Part shown: piece after piece, positions 62,154 to 62,294 of the stretch
Numbering within the stretch: position 1 is the stretch's first letter
How the letters are laid out: every line of letters begins with the position of its first letter
From: Gammaproteobacteria bacterium
GTDB lineage: Bacteria; Pseudomonadota; Gammaproteobacteria; GCA-001735895
NCBI GenBank assembly: GCA_020354435.1
Contig: CP070646.1
Location: 3,030,275 to 3,092,568 of the forward strand
DNA length: 62,294 nucleotides
Direction of reading: 5' to 3'
The notes under the pieces: generated by a model
Databases searched by the model: none
Told to the model about the DNA's origin: nothing
The model's input: only the letters and a program-made list of their open reading frames with translations
Translations under genes and position numbers: made by a program

Positions 62154-62294
62154 ATGTCACAGGTAGACTTAATCTATCGCATATTTGCGATTATCTTTCC
62201 TGTCTTCAGCATCGTCGCGGTAGGTTACCTGTATGCGCGTCACCGCCACGAAACCGACATGGCGTCCGGTAATCGCATCAATATGGATATCTTC
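62154..62294 (+). CDS. AEC (auxin efflux carrier) family transporter, N-terminal part
   Basis: IFAIIFPVFSIVAVGYLYAR...NRINMDIF; truncated by window edge. Confidence 0.75.
   Translation, partial: MSQVDLIYRIFAIIFPVFSIVAVGYLYARHRHETDMASGNRINMDIF

Overview
Core-genome segment of a GC-rich gammaproteobacterium, with one accessory patch. Conserved blocks: hrcA-grpE-dnaK / nadK-recN / fur-bamE / ratAB; accA-tilS-cmoAB-pyrG-kdsA-eno-ftsB-ispD; gyrA-pheA-hisC-tyrA-aroA-cmk-rpsA-ihfB-lapB-pyrF; mtaD-ubiG-mupP-yciK; rnhB-dnaE; gnnA-gnnB-lpxB; and a TRAP operon. The accessory patch (~10.95-20.07 kb) abuts the 3' end of tRNA-Ser(TGA) and looks decayed. It holds an orphan Rap1a-like gene, pseudogene fragments, an IS91-family remnant, and an SBP + CHASE-PAS-GGDEF-EAL signalling operon. 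The most striking observations are: (1) a 224-nt, almost fully base-paired cloverleaf element filling the rnhB-dnaE gap, whose terminal inverted repeat contains the dnaE RBS and start codon; (2) a TRAP transporter whose DctM carries a ~336-aa Cys-clasped helical C-terminal domain and whose DctQ is about twice the usual size; (3) a plant-type SABATH methyltransferase directly after diamino-lipid A genes (gnnAB-lpxB); (4) a stand-alone solute-binding protein apparently paired with a c-di-GMP enzyme; (5) two diverged copies of the same 22-codon coding remnant 6.3 kb apart; (6) tandem sigma32 and sigmaE promoters at yccA. All calls come from reading motifs by eye; no database search or folding program was run. 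Several start codons were re-assigned relative to the ORF track.
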